DNA of 64,000 nucleotides from an uncultured Chlamydiales bacterium (GTDB lineage Bacteria; Chlamydiota; Chlamydiia; Chlamydiales; Rhabdochlamydiaceae): NCBI GenBank assembly GCA_963700985.1, contig OY969554.1, positions 1,440,001 to 1,504,000 of the forward strand, read 5' to 3'. Shown piece by piece: positions 56,361 to 64,000 of this stretch (position 1 is its first letter; each line of letters starts with the position of its first letter). The notes under the pieces were generated by a model. It saw only the letters and a program-made list of their open reading frames with translations, ran no database searches and was not told where the DNA came from. The position numbers and the translations under genes were made by a program.

Positions 56361-57077
56361 ATGTCAGTTGATGGAACAAAATTAGACCAGCCAGCCACTC
56401 TGGGTTTCCCTTCTTACGCTCATCTCGATGAGCGTGCGCCTGCAGTCACGGGGGCTGGTTCTAGATCAACGCTCGAAAATGCTGGGCACCCAGAACCAGA
56501 AGATGCTAATGGCAACACGCCAACACGTTTTTGCACTTGTCTAGATAGTTGGTTGCCTACGTGCATCGTCGACTTTCTCGAAATGATCTGCTCATGGGTT
56601 GACTCTTGCACCCAATCTTTCAATAGACAAGCTCCAGAAACTCCTGATGATCTCAATCCCCTGCAACCTGCGCAAGATCATGCGCCTAAACCTCATGCCA
56701 GATCTCATATAAGACCTCTTGTTGAAGAAGCTGCGCCGCAAATGCCTCCTCCGCAACCAGCTGCCCAGGATCTTCGTATTGATGATTCCTTTGTGCGAAG
56801 CTTTATTGCAGCCTCCCAGCAACTCTTACCCGCCGATGCCCCAAAACCACGTTCTGGATTAGGCACCGCTCCAACTCCACAAATCGACGAGCGATCAGGG
56901 CTTCCCATAGACGAACCTGTGAGTGAGTGGTATTATTTAGAGTGTGTACGGCGGAGAGAAGCAGAAAAGTATGCACAGCGTACTTACGATGAGCTTTTAC
57001 AAGATCAAAACCGACGCCAAGCCATGCTTGCGAAAGCAAATCCCAATACTTCTCTTACACCACCTATAACAACCTAA
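56361..57077 (+). CDS. Hypothetical effector-like protein
   Basis: Motif RFCTCLDSWLPTCIVDFLEMICSWVDS shared with the previous gene; Pro-rich remainder. Confidence 0.72.
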   Translation: MSVDGTKLDQPATLGFPSYAHLDERAPAVTGAGSRSTLENAGHPEPEDANGNTPTRFCTCLDSWLPTCIVDFLEMICSWVDSCTQSFNRQAPETPDDLNPLQPAQDHAPKPHARSHIRPLVEEAAPQMPPPQPAAQDLRIDDSFVRSFIAASQQLLPADAPKPRSGLGTAPTPQIDERSGLPIDEPVSEWYYLECVRRREAEKYAQRTYDELLQDQNRRQAMLAKANPNTSLTPPITT

Positions 57078-57160
57078 AACGCAGCAGGCGCACGGTAGGA
57101 TGTATCCTGCCGCCGCCTTGCAGCAATCCTGTTTATTTATCTTCCACAAGATCAGCTTAA

Positions 57161-59779
57161 CTAGCTTACTTTTTTGCCGTTGTCATATTTGGTTTCGACA
57201 CAGACGCCTTGGCGATCATAAGCTTTTTTGACCCCATGCAGCTGGTCATTGAGGAAAGTTTGTAGCAGGCGCGGCTTGCCATCATCGAAATATTTATTAA
57301 ACTTGCCGTGACGCTTTCCAAGCTTATATTCGCCTTCGAACACGAGAATGCCTTCGGCATTCCACTCTGAACATGTGCCATTCAACTCTCCATGTGTATA
57401 ACGGAAAATTGAAACGAGTTTGCCATCTTCAAACCAGGTCTTCTCTTCACCTTCTTTTAGATCGTCGATAAAGATGGATTCTTTAAAGACATTTCCATTT
57501 GGGAAGTATTGCAGAGTTGGGCCACTTTTCTTGTCTTGTTTGAATTCGACGCTCATGAATAAGTGCCCTTGAGGGCTGAAGACTTTCGCAGCTCCATCTT
57601 TCACCCCATGTTGGAAGAAAGTGCTGGAGACTTTGGTACCGGCTTCATTGTATTCACTGAGTTCGCCGTGAGGCTTGTCATCGACAAAGTTCACTTCGAG
57701 CGCCTTCACCTTTCCAAAGAATTCGTGTGGTTTATAGTAAACCTCATGCAAGCCATCGCGCTTGTTATTCTTGTAATGATAGACGATCTCTCGGCCTTCA
57801 CGATTCAGCTCGTAAAAGCGGCCATTGAGTTTACCTTTCTCATAAAAGGACTCTTCAGCAAGGTTACCATCTGGATCCCAGAGGGCTTTAACCCCATTCA
57901 GCTCGCCATTATCATATACAATCACTGTCTGGGTTACTCCGTCTGGGTAGAAAGTCTTCTGCTCTCCATGAAGCTTGCCCTGCTCGTTATAGGTATAACG
58001 CTTGGCGATCTTTTGCGCTTTCTTGCCTTCGGCAATCTCTTTCGGAAAGTATTCGATCTGCTCTCCTGCAGGAATACCCATCTTGTAATTTTTGATCAAC
58101 CAGGGAGACCCATCTTCATACCAGGTCTGGACTGTGCCATCGGCTTGTCCATTTTTATAGAATGCAATCGAACGCTTCTGGCCGTTCTCATAATACTCTT
58201 CGCCTTTGCCGTGCTGCTTTCCTTTAACAAATTCCATGACTTCTTTGGGTCGCATTTTCCCATACCAAGTGCGTACGAGGCCTTCGGGCAGATCATTTTC
58301 AAAACGCGCTTCGAAAATTAGCTCGCCTTTTTCATTCCATTCGCGATGAAGCTCTTCGCGCTTTCCTTGCACAAAAGTGCCTTCAGCTTTAGGCGTGCCA
58401 TTTTGATGCCACTCTTTTCTAACTTGGCTCAGCAGTCCATTTTGATAGTGCTCTTCCTGCAGGCATTGGCCATTTTCACTCCACTCTTTGCAATCGCCTT
58501 GTTTAATTCCGCTAGCCAGTTGATAAGCAATGGCCGGCTTGCCATTTTCAAACCACTCTTCATATTGTCCATCTTGCAAGCCATCTTTATAAGTGGCATG
58601 CATCTTGAGCTGTCCAGAGGGGAAATACTCTTGCTGCTTACCTTCAAACTTGCCTTTTGCATAGAAATAATCTGTTTTGATCTGGCCATTTGGATACCAT
58701 TCACGAAAAGCGCCATCGCGGGCATCGCCCACAAGGAGATATTCTGCAATTTTTTGCCCATCGGCACTATATTCAACAATTGGCTCTACCAGCTTTCCTT
58801 CAGCATCATAAATTGCCAGATAAGAAGGCTTGCCGTTGATATGATTTTTCCAATGTTTACCAAACTTCAGTCCATCTTTATATTCACCTTCGCCAATGAG
58901 TTTGCCATCTTCAGCAAAGTATTGTTCTTTGCTATGCTTTTTGCCTTTTTTATAGACGACTTTGTAACTCTCTTTGCCATTGGAATGGTATTTAAAGTGC
59001 GTTCCCACAGGCTCGCCATCTTTAAAATCTTGAACTTCAAGCATTGAACGATCTTCGGCATAGACGATTACGGCGGGGTTCTGCCCATCGGAGTGAAGTA
59101 GGCCATTGGTGTATCGGCGGCTAGCTTTCAGAGCTCCATTGTCATACCACTCGAGCGCATTGCCATGCGGCACCCCATTTTCATAGGGGATTAAAGCAAT
59201 ACGGACGCCTTTTGGGGTGTAGCGGCTAAACTCTCCGATGAGTTTTCCTTCCTGATAAGAGCCCTCTTCGGCTTTGGAGCCATCTTCGTGATAAGAGATC
59301 ATGGGGCCATGACGCTGCCCGTTTTTAAAGGCTGCGCTACCGCGGGCTTGACCTGAAGGATAGTTAATATGCAGTTCTCCATGGAGAAGACCTTTTTCAT
59401 AGGTGGCGATCTTTTCTACCTTTCCATTAGAAAAGAAAGAGACGCTGATGCCGTGAGGCACAACTGCGCTTTTCCATTCTTGGAAGCCCGGCGAGTTCTC
59501 TTGAACGACGACGAGATCCATCTCATTCTTCAACTGACCGCTGCTATAAAATCTCTGCTGTTTAACGGGAATTTTCTCTTCTTTTTCGTTCAGATCGAAA
59601 AAGAGAACGCGTTCAGGATTGCCATTCGGATAAGTCTGGACAATCTGCGGTCTCCAATGAGGCTGTCTGGGTTGAAGGGCAATGACTATCGGTGCGGATC
59701 CAGTATTCTGTTGCTCCTCGGCACTGAGTAGAGCTGTGAAACAGAATAAGGAGAGAACGAGAGTGGCAACCTTCTGCAT
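57161..59779 (-). CDS. Exported MORN-variant (YwqK-like) repeat protein
   Basis: Signal peptide MQKVATLVLSLFCFTALLSA; dozens of G..EW(Y/F)ENG....G.(Y/F)..G..HG repeats. Alternative start at 59794. Confidence 0.9.
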   Translation of the reverse strand: MQKVATLVLSLFCFTALLSAEEQQNTGSAPIVIALQPRQPHWRPQIVQTYPNGNPERVLFFDLNEKEEKIPVKQQRFYSSGQLKNEMDLVVVQENSPGFQEWKSAVVPHGISVSFFSNGKVEKIATYEKGLLHGELHINYPSGQARGSAAFKNGQRHGPMISYHEDGSKAEEGSYQEGKLIGEFSRYTPKGVRIALIPYENGVPHGNALEWYDNGALKASRRYTNGLLHSDGQNPAVIVYAEDRSMLEVQDFKDGEPVGTHFKYHSNGKESYKVVYKKGKKHSKEQYFAEDGKLIGEGEYKDGLKFGKHWKNHINGKPSYLAIYDAEGKLVEPIVEYSADGQKIAEYLLVGDARDGAFREWYPNGQIKTDYFYAKGKFEGKQQEYFPSGQLKMHATYKDGLQDGQYEEWFENGKPAIAYQLASGIKQGDCKEWSENGQCLQEEHYQNGLLSQVRKEWHQNGTPKAEGTFVQGKREELHREWNEKGELIFEARFENDLPEGLVRTWYGKMRPKEVMEFVKGKQHGKGEEYYENGQKRSIAFYKNGQADGTVQTWYEDGSPWLIKNYKMGIPAGEQIEYFPKEIAEGKKAQKIAKRYTYNEQGKLHGEQKTFYPDGVTQTVIVYDNGELNGVKALWDPDGNLAEESFYEKGKLNGRFYELNREGREIVYHYKNNKRDGLHEVYYKPHEFFGKVKALEVNFVDDKPHGELSEYNEAGTKVSSTFFQHGVKDGAAKVFSPQGHLFMSVEFKQDKKSGPTLQYFPNGNVFKESIFIDDLKEGEEKTWFEDGKLVSIFRYTHGELNGTCSEWNAEGILVFEGEYKLGKRHGKFNKYFDDGKPRLLQTFLNDQLHGVKKAYDRQGVCVETKYDNGKKVS

Positions 59780-59781
59780 AC

Positions 59782-59807
59782 TTGAAAACCCCATTTGAAA
59801 ACCCCAT
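59782..59807. repeat. 13-bp perfect tandem repeat at the start of the MORN gene
   Basis: TTGAAAACCCCAT twice (59782-59794 and 59795-59807). Confidence 0.8.
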
Positions 59808-59877
59808 TAAAAAATAATTTTACTCTGACAAACAATCGAAAGTTCAGAATAGGGGAATAGGGGGATTAGAGACAAGA

Positions 59878-59905
59878 AAGACTGCTCCTATGAGAGAGCA
59901 GTCTT
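59878..59905 (-). terminator. Hairpin downstream of the paired membrane-protein genes
   Basis: AAGACTGCTC..GAGCAGTCTT inverted repeat. Confidence 0.6.
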
Positions 59906-59913
59906 AAAAAAAT

Positions 59914-60294
59914 TTAAGCCATGAACGCGAACCAGACAAGCAGAAGGCCCCAAACGAGTGGAATGATTCCACGGGCTTGAAGAATTTTCTGATCTGATAA
60001 GCCAGCTTTAATTGCATACTCTGGTGCAAAGAGAGTTACAACCCCTCTTAGCAAGAGAGCCCAACCTAACAAAGTGACCAGCAGAGTCGCATCTCTGAAC
60101 CACATGTTGTATTGGTGGATGATAATAAGTCCCAACAGCATGTTGATGATCGAGCGTAGGAACATTACTGAGGGTGTGCTCTTAATCGAGGTATAAGTCT
60201 TCATCAGACTATCTCGATGTGTGAGCATCCAGATTCCAAGAATGGTCAAAAATGGACCAAAAATGGTTGCAATCCAAATAGCATTTTGAAACAT
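59914..60294 (-). CDS. Small 4-TM membrane protein (paralog A)
   Basis: 126 aa; NAI.IA..FGP..ILG.W, LLVTLLGW..L.RG, IPL.WGL.L.WFAF. Confidence 0.85.
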   Translation of the reverse strand: MFQNAIWIATIFGPFLTILGIWMLTHRDSLMKTYTSIKSTPSVMFLRSIINMLLGLIIIHQYNMWFRDATLLVTLLGWALLLRGVVTLFAPEYAIKAGLSDQKILQARGIIPLVWGLLLVWFAFMA

Positions 60295-60304
60295 CGGTAT
60301 ACCT

Positions 60305-60685
60305 CTATTTTAAAAACGCAAACCAGCACAGTGCAAGTCCCCAAAGGAGAGGAATAACACACAGTACTTTCATTTCAGACTTCTCAGACCCCATACATTT
60401 GAAACAAACATGTGGCCAAAACAGCATTAAGATCCCTCTGATCAACATTGCCCAACCGAGCAGCGTGATGAGCAGAGAAGGCTGCCACACCCAAACGTTA
60501 TAACTTACGATGATTGCGATACCCAACAGAACTTGCAAAGCACCTTTTAGGTACAAAGCACCTGCAGTGTTTTTAAAAGATGTCATCACTTTATGACAAT
60601 GCTCACCATAGGTAAGCTTCCAAAAGCCTAAAATGACCATCAATGGGCCAAATACGCTTGCGATAAAAATAGCATTCTCCATCAT
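60305..60685 (-). CDS. Small 4-TM membrane protein (paralog B)
   Basis: 126 aa; same motifs as 59914..60294. Confidence 0.85.
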   Translation of the reverse strand: MMENAIFIASVFGPLMVILGFWKLTYGEHCHKVMTSFKNTAGALYLKGALQVLLGIAIIVSYNVWVWQPSLLITLLGWAMLIRGILMLFWPHVCFKCMGSEKSEMKVLCVIPLLWGLALCWFAFLK

Positions 60686-60787
60686 ACACTTTCCTCCCGA
60701 GAGTTAAAAAAAAGATTAGCACTCTAAACCTGACAGTAATTATTAAATTAATAATTTGTCAACTGAAGAAATAAGAAAAGGAGGGAT

Positions 60788-61246
60788 CTATTTATGAATT
60801 TTGTCGTATCGGCCCATCAGCTCAGCCGAGGCTAAAATGTGGCCGGTCATAGCTTTTTCGACTTCGGATTTACTCGCCCCAGGAGGAAGCTGAAGAAGTG
60901 CATCTAATGCGTAAAGCTTTAAGAAGTAACGATGTTCGCGATCCGGAGGACATGGGCCCTGGTAGCCGAGTTTATTGCCTGTATTTTTTCCAGAAACGCC
61001 GGGAGGCGTAGAGTTTTCAGCGATGGATTTTACGGTTGGAGGAATATTATAAACCACCCAATGGTCCCACATGCACTCTTTGCGTACGGACGCGGGCACG
61101 TCAGGGTCGTCCATAATCAGCACTAAGCATTTAGCTTCGGATGGCACATCTACAAAAGATAGGGGTGGATTGATCCCAGGACCTTCGCAGGTGTATTTAG
61201 TCGGGATCTTGCCACCATTGTCGAAAGCTGAACTTGTGAGCTTCAT
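60788..61246 (-). CDS. YbhB/YbcL family (PEBP/Raf kinase inhibitor-like) protein
   Basis: LIMDDPD, WDHWVVYNIP, YQGPCPP..HRYF.KLYALD. Confidence 0.95.
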   Translation of the reverse strand: MKLTSSAFDNGGKIPTKYTCEGPGINPPLSFVDVPSEAKCLVLIMDDPDVPASVRKECMWDHWVVYNIPPTVKSIAENSTPPGVSGKNTGNKLGYQGPCPPDREHRYFLKLYALDALLQLPPGASKSEVEKAMTGHILASAELMGRYDKIHK

Positions 61247-61259
61247 CTGTATAACCGTT

Positions 61260-61739
61260 TTACTTTTGAGCGTACTCTTTTAAAACTTTTATTTGAAGCG
61301 GATAGCGCAGATCGATCCAGCGCGCCTTCTCATCATCATGCAGCCCTATCCGTTTTGTAGGGCCAACTCTTCCTGAAGGCAGAATTGTTAGTGTGATCTT
61401 TTCGACTTTACGCTCTTCAAGGCTTAGGGATTTGATGCCTTTTAACTTTCCTTTGGGAAGTCGGCGCACAGCGTAGCTCGGCTCATCGGTGAAGAAGGCG
61501 TAGCTCAAAACATGATCTTTATCAGGCTTGATTTCCACCCCAAATTCGCTTTGATAACTCGAGGCGAGGCTCTGCATTCTTTTAAGGTCGGCAACAAAGG
61601 CAGAGATCGAGCTCTCAAAACGATGGTAGTCGATGGTCTCTTTGATCTTTATGCCCAAAAATCCAGAGGCCATCGCCAAGATAGCGATGCAGACGCAAAT
61701 TTCCAGTAAAGAAAATGGCCGTCTCTTAATCCTCGACAT
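61260..61739 (-). CDS. Type II secretion pseudopilin-like protein
   Basis: KRRPFSLLEI followed by a hydrophobic helix (prepilin-type N-terminus); in the gsp operon. Confidence 0.8.
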   Translation of the reverse strand: MSRIKRRPFSLLEICVCIAILAMASGFLGIKIKETIDYHRFESSISAFVADLKRMQSLASSYQSEFGVEIKPDKDHVLSYAFFTDEPSYAVRRLPKGKLKGIKSLSLEERKVEKITLTILPSGRVGPTKRIGLHDDEKARWIDLRYPLQIKVLKEYAQK

Positions 61740-62118
61740 CTTGAATCTTGTTCTTCTTAATGCGGTAATCTTCGAGCTTGGCGGTAGTCACCTTGATATC
61801 ATCACCATTGGAGGTAACTGTAAAAGGATTTCCCCAGCCATCCTTCAACAGCTTCTCGGTGTTTTTAACAATCCCCGCATTTTTTAAATGATCTCCGGGT
61901 GCAGCAATTATGGCATCCATCGAAACTCCCTTGGCCAACTCTAGCAAAAGAAGGCTGCGGATCTGTTTCGCCGATTGATCGGATTTAAAGTAGCGGCCCT
62001 CATCGAGCGAGCCTTTCATATTATAGCCGATTACACTTCCAATCAGACCGATCAAGAAGATCACGATCATGATTTCGAGTAGAGTAAGCGGCTGTTTTTT
62101 TCTTTTTTTCTGACGCAT
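61726..62118 (-). CDS. Type II secretion pseudopilin (GspG-like)
   Basis: QPLTLLEIMIVIFLIGLIGSVIG; KDGWGNPF motif. Confidence 0.85.
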   Translation of the reverse strand: MRQKKRKKQPLTLLEIMIVIFLIGLIGSVIGYNMKGSLDEGRYFKSDQSAKQIRSLLLLELAKGVSMDAIIAAPGDHLKNAGIVKNTEKLLKDGWGNPFTVTSNGDDIKVTTAKLEDYRIKKNKIQDVED

Positions 62119-62132
62119 ATTAAACCTCAAAT

Positions 62133-63311
62133 TTAAGATAGAAATGAGCTGACATCGGTTAAAGGGAGTAGAATCGATAAGACGACCAGACCTACAATAG
62201 CTCCAAGCGTCATGAGCAGCACGGGTTGAAGAAAGGCCGTAAGCTGCATCAAATTCTTTTCTAACTCCTCATCATAGATCTCAGCGAGTTTATGAAAGAT
62301 ATGGCCCATTTTGCCTGTCTCTTCGGCGATGCCTAGCATACGTACGACGAGCGAGGGTATAAGCGGCGAGCGTTTAAGCTCTGCGCTAAGAGATTTTCCT
62401 TCTGCAATGCTCTGCTCTGATCTTTCGATCACCTCTTCGAGCAGCCTAAGCTTCATCGATCTGCGCGAAAGCTGCAGCGCATCGAGGAGTGGGATCCCTC
62501 CGTTAATCAGCAGAGAAGTGCATTGACAAAATCGTGTAAGAGAGGAGCGCACCATGAGTGTCTTTAAGAAGGGGATTTTTAAAAAATTCTTCTGCAAAAA
62601 AGCCTTTCCTTTCTCAGAGCGCAGCATCGTGATGATAAAAAATCCCGCTAGGCTGCTGCAAGCAAGAAAGAGCAGGCCATAAGAGTTGACCCAGCGACTA
62701 AGCCCCAATACAAACTGGGTAACAGGGTGCAGCTGACGTCCCTCGAATAGTTCTTGCATTGAAGGCACGACAAAGACCAGCAATCCCACAGTTACAAGCA
62801 CGCAGAAAACAAGCAGAATAGCAGGATAGGTCAGCGCGGCGATGAGCTGCTTGCGCAAGCGCTGCTGCCTTGAAATGAGTAAAGAGAGCTGTTGCATCAC
62901 CGCCGAAAGAGAGCCTCCCTGTTCGCCTGCCTTCACCAGCGCCAGATAGATGCCGTCGAAGCTCTTAGGATAGCGAGAGAGCGTGGATGAAAAGGAGGCG
63001 CCGCTTTTTAAACGATCGCAGAGATCTAAAAAGAGCGGGTGGCATTTGTGACTTCTATATTTTTCTTCAATCGTCAGCAAGCTCTCATAAAGTGGTAGCC
63101 CCGCTTCGAGCAGCTGAGCGAGCTCACGGGTAAAGGTAAGCAGGAGCGAGCGGTCGAGAATGATCTCTTTTTTCTCATTTAGCTTGAGATCGATCAGCAT
63201 GATCTGCTGCTTGAGGAGCCTCTCTTTTGCCAGAGCAAACGAGTCAGCGTCGATGACGCCGGTAATTTTCTTTCCGCTCTGGTTAAAAGCATGATATCGA
63301 AAAAGTGCCAT
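62133..63311 (-). CDS. gspF: Type II secretion system inner membrane protein F
   Basis: FTRELAQLLEAGLPL, GEQGG.L, ALTYP, AEETG, QP motif. Confidence 0.95.
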   Translation of the reverse strand: MALFRYHAFNQSGKKITGVIDADSFALAKERLLKQQIMLIDLKLNEKKEIILDRSLLLTFTRELAQLLEAGLPLYESLLTIEEKYRSHKCHPLFLDLCDRLKSGASFSSTLSRYPKSFDGIYLALVKAGEQGGSLSAVMQQLSLLISRQQRLRKQLIAALTYPAILLVFCVLVTVGLLVFVVPSMQELFEGRQLHPVTQFVLGLSRWVNSYGLLFLACSSLAGFFIITMLRSEKGKAFLQKNFLKIPFLKTLMVRSSLTRFCQCTSLLINGGIPLLDALQLSRRSMKLRLLEEVIERSEQSIAEGKSLSAELKRSPLIPSLVVRMLGIAEETGKMGHIFHKLAEIYDEELEKNLMQLTAFLQPVLLMTLGAIVGLVVLSILLPLTDVSSFLS

Positions 63312-64000
63312 TAGATAAGCCCCTCGTCACATCCGCGCGTGACACGCAAGACTTCAGCGGTGGTGGTGATTCCCTTAAGCACAATACGCGCGCCTTCGCT
63401 TCTTAAGCTCGCCATGCCTTGAGATAAGGCGATCCTACGCAGCTCTTCTGCATCGGCACTTTTAAGCAGCTGACGTTTTATGGCAGAGCTTACAATCATG
63501 AGCTCATAGATCCCCAGACGTCCTTTATAACCCGAATCGTAACAGTTATTGCACCCGTGCCCTTTGTAGAAAACCGCCTCGCTATGCTGATTTTCATCTA
63601 AGCCAAGTTCGATTAATTCAGCTGCAGTAGGCGTGTAAGAATGGCGACAATCTGGGCAGATAGCACGCACTAAGCGCTGAGCCAATACGGCGACTACGGA
63701 AGAAGAGAGCAGATAGGGCTCAATGCCCATATCGACCATGCGCGTTAAGGCCGATGGAGCGTCGTTCGTGTGCAGCGTGCTTAAAACTAAGTGGCCGGTA
63801 AGTGACGCTTGAATGGCGATCTCAGCGGTCTCTTTATCTCGAATCTCACCGATCATGATCACATCGGGATCTTGACGCAGAATATGTCTTAAACCCGTGG
63901 CAAAAGTGAGATGGATCTTCGAATTTACACCGATTTGCGCCATCCCTTGAAGTTTATACTCCACAGGATCTTCGATGGTCATGATATTGACCTCTTCCGA
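63311..64000 (-). CDS. gspE: Type II secretion ATPase E (C-terminal part; 5' end outside the window)
   Basis: [37 protein letters not shown], two CxxC motifs. Confidence 0.96.
   Translation of the reverse strand, partial: SEEVNIMTIEDPVEYKLQGMAQIGVNSKIHLTFATGLRHILRQDPDVIMIGEIRDKETAEIAIQASLTGHLVLSTLHTNDAPSALTRMVDMGIEPYLLSSSVVAVLAQRLVRAICPDCRHSYTPTAAELIELGLDENQHSEAVFYKGHGCNNCYDSGYKGRLGIYELMIVSSAIKRQLLKSADAEELRRIALSQGMASLRSEGARIVLKGITTTAEVLRVTRGCDEGLI

Noticed and set aside
57563-59047. Long plus-strand ORFs (252 and 233 aa)
   Set aside because: Antisense shadows of the repetitive MORN gene.
57161-59779. MORN/YwqK protein as an antitoxin of a TA system
   Set aside because: The repeat family label does not imply that role; the protein is large, has a signal peptide and has no adjacent toxin.

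Overview
Bacterial chromosome segment, very probably from an environmental Chlamydiae genome. This is inferred from chlamydia-like gene orders: sohB/sppA-polA-coaE-rho; dnaB-mnmG-lplA; sdhCAB-tatD; tolQ-tolR-tolA-tolB-pal-LysM; gspE-gspF-pseudopilins. The housekeeping backbone is interrupted by accessory islands. (1) A four-gene tandem array of Sel1-repeat proteins (7.0-15.0 kb), each with its own copied promoter and hairpin and a C-terminal amphipathic GFxxxLFG-type tail. The largest also carries a eukaryote-like PARP/ADP-ribosyltransferase domain and three LF-acidic-LF motifs resembling FAM21 retromer-binding motifs. (2) A polymorphic-toxin-like locus (18.4-21.1 kb) with an unfamiliar N-terminal carrier, an immunity/toxin-fragment fusion and further small immunity-like genes. 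(3) Two type II TA modules: a frameshifted RelE/Gp49-like toxin with intact antitoxin, and an intact HicAB. (4) Inc-like, F-box/LRR and other effector-like paralogs. (5) A DUF3800-like gene with a structured RNA-like element over its 3' end. One tRNA-Ser(GCT) and an unlisted 28-aa basic ribosomal-type ORF were also found. No CRISPR array, rRNA or transposase was seen. All family calls come from motif recognition by eye, not from database searches.
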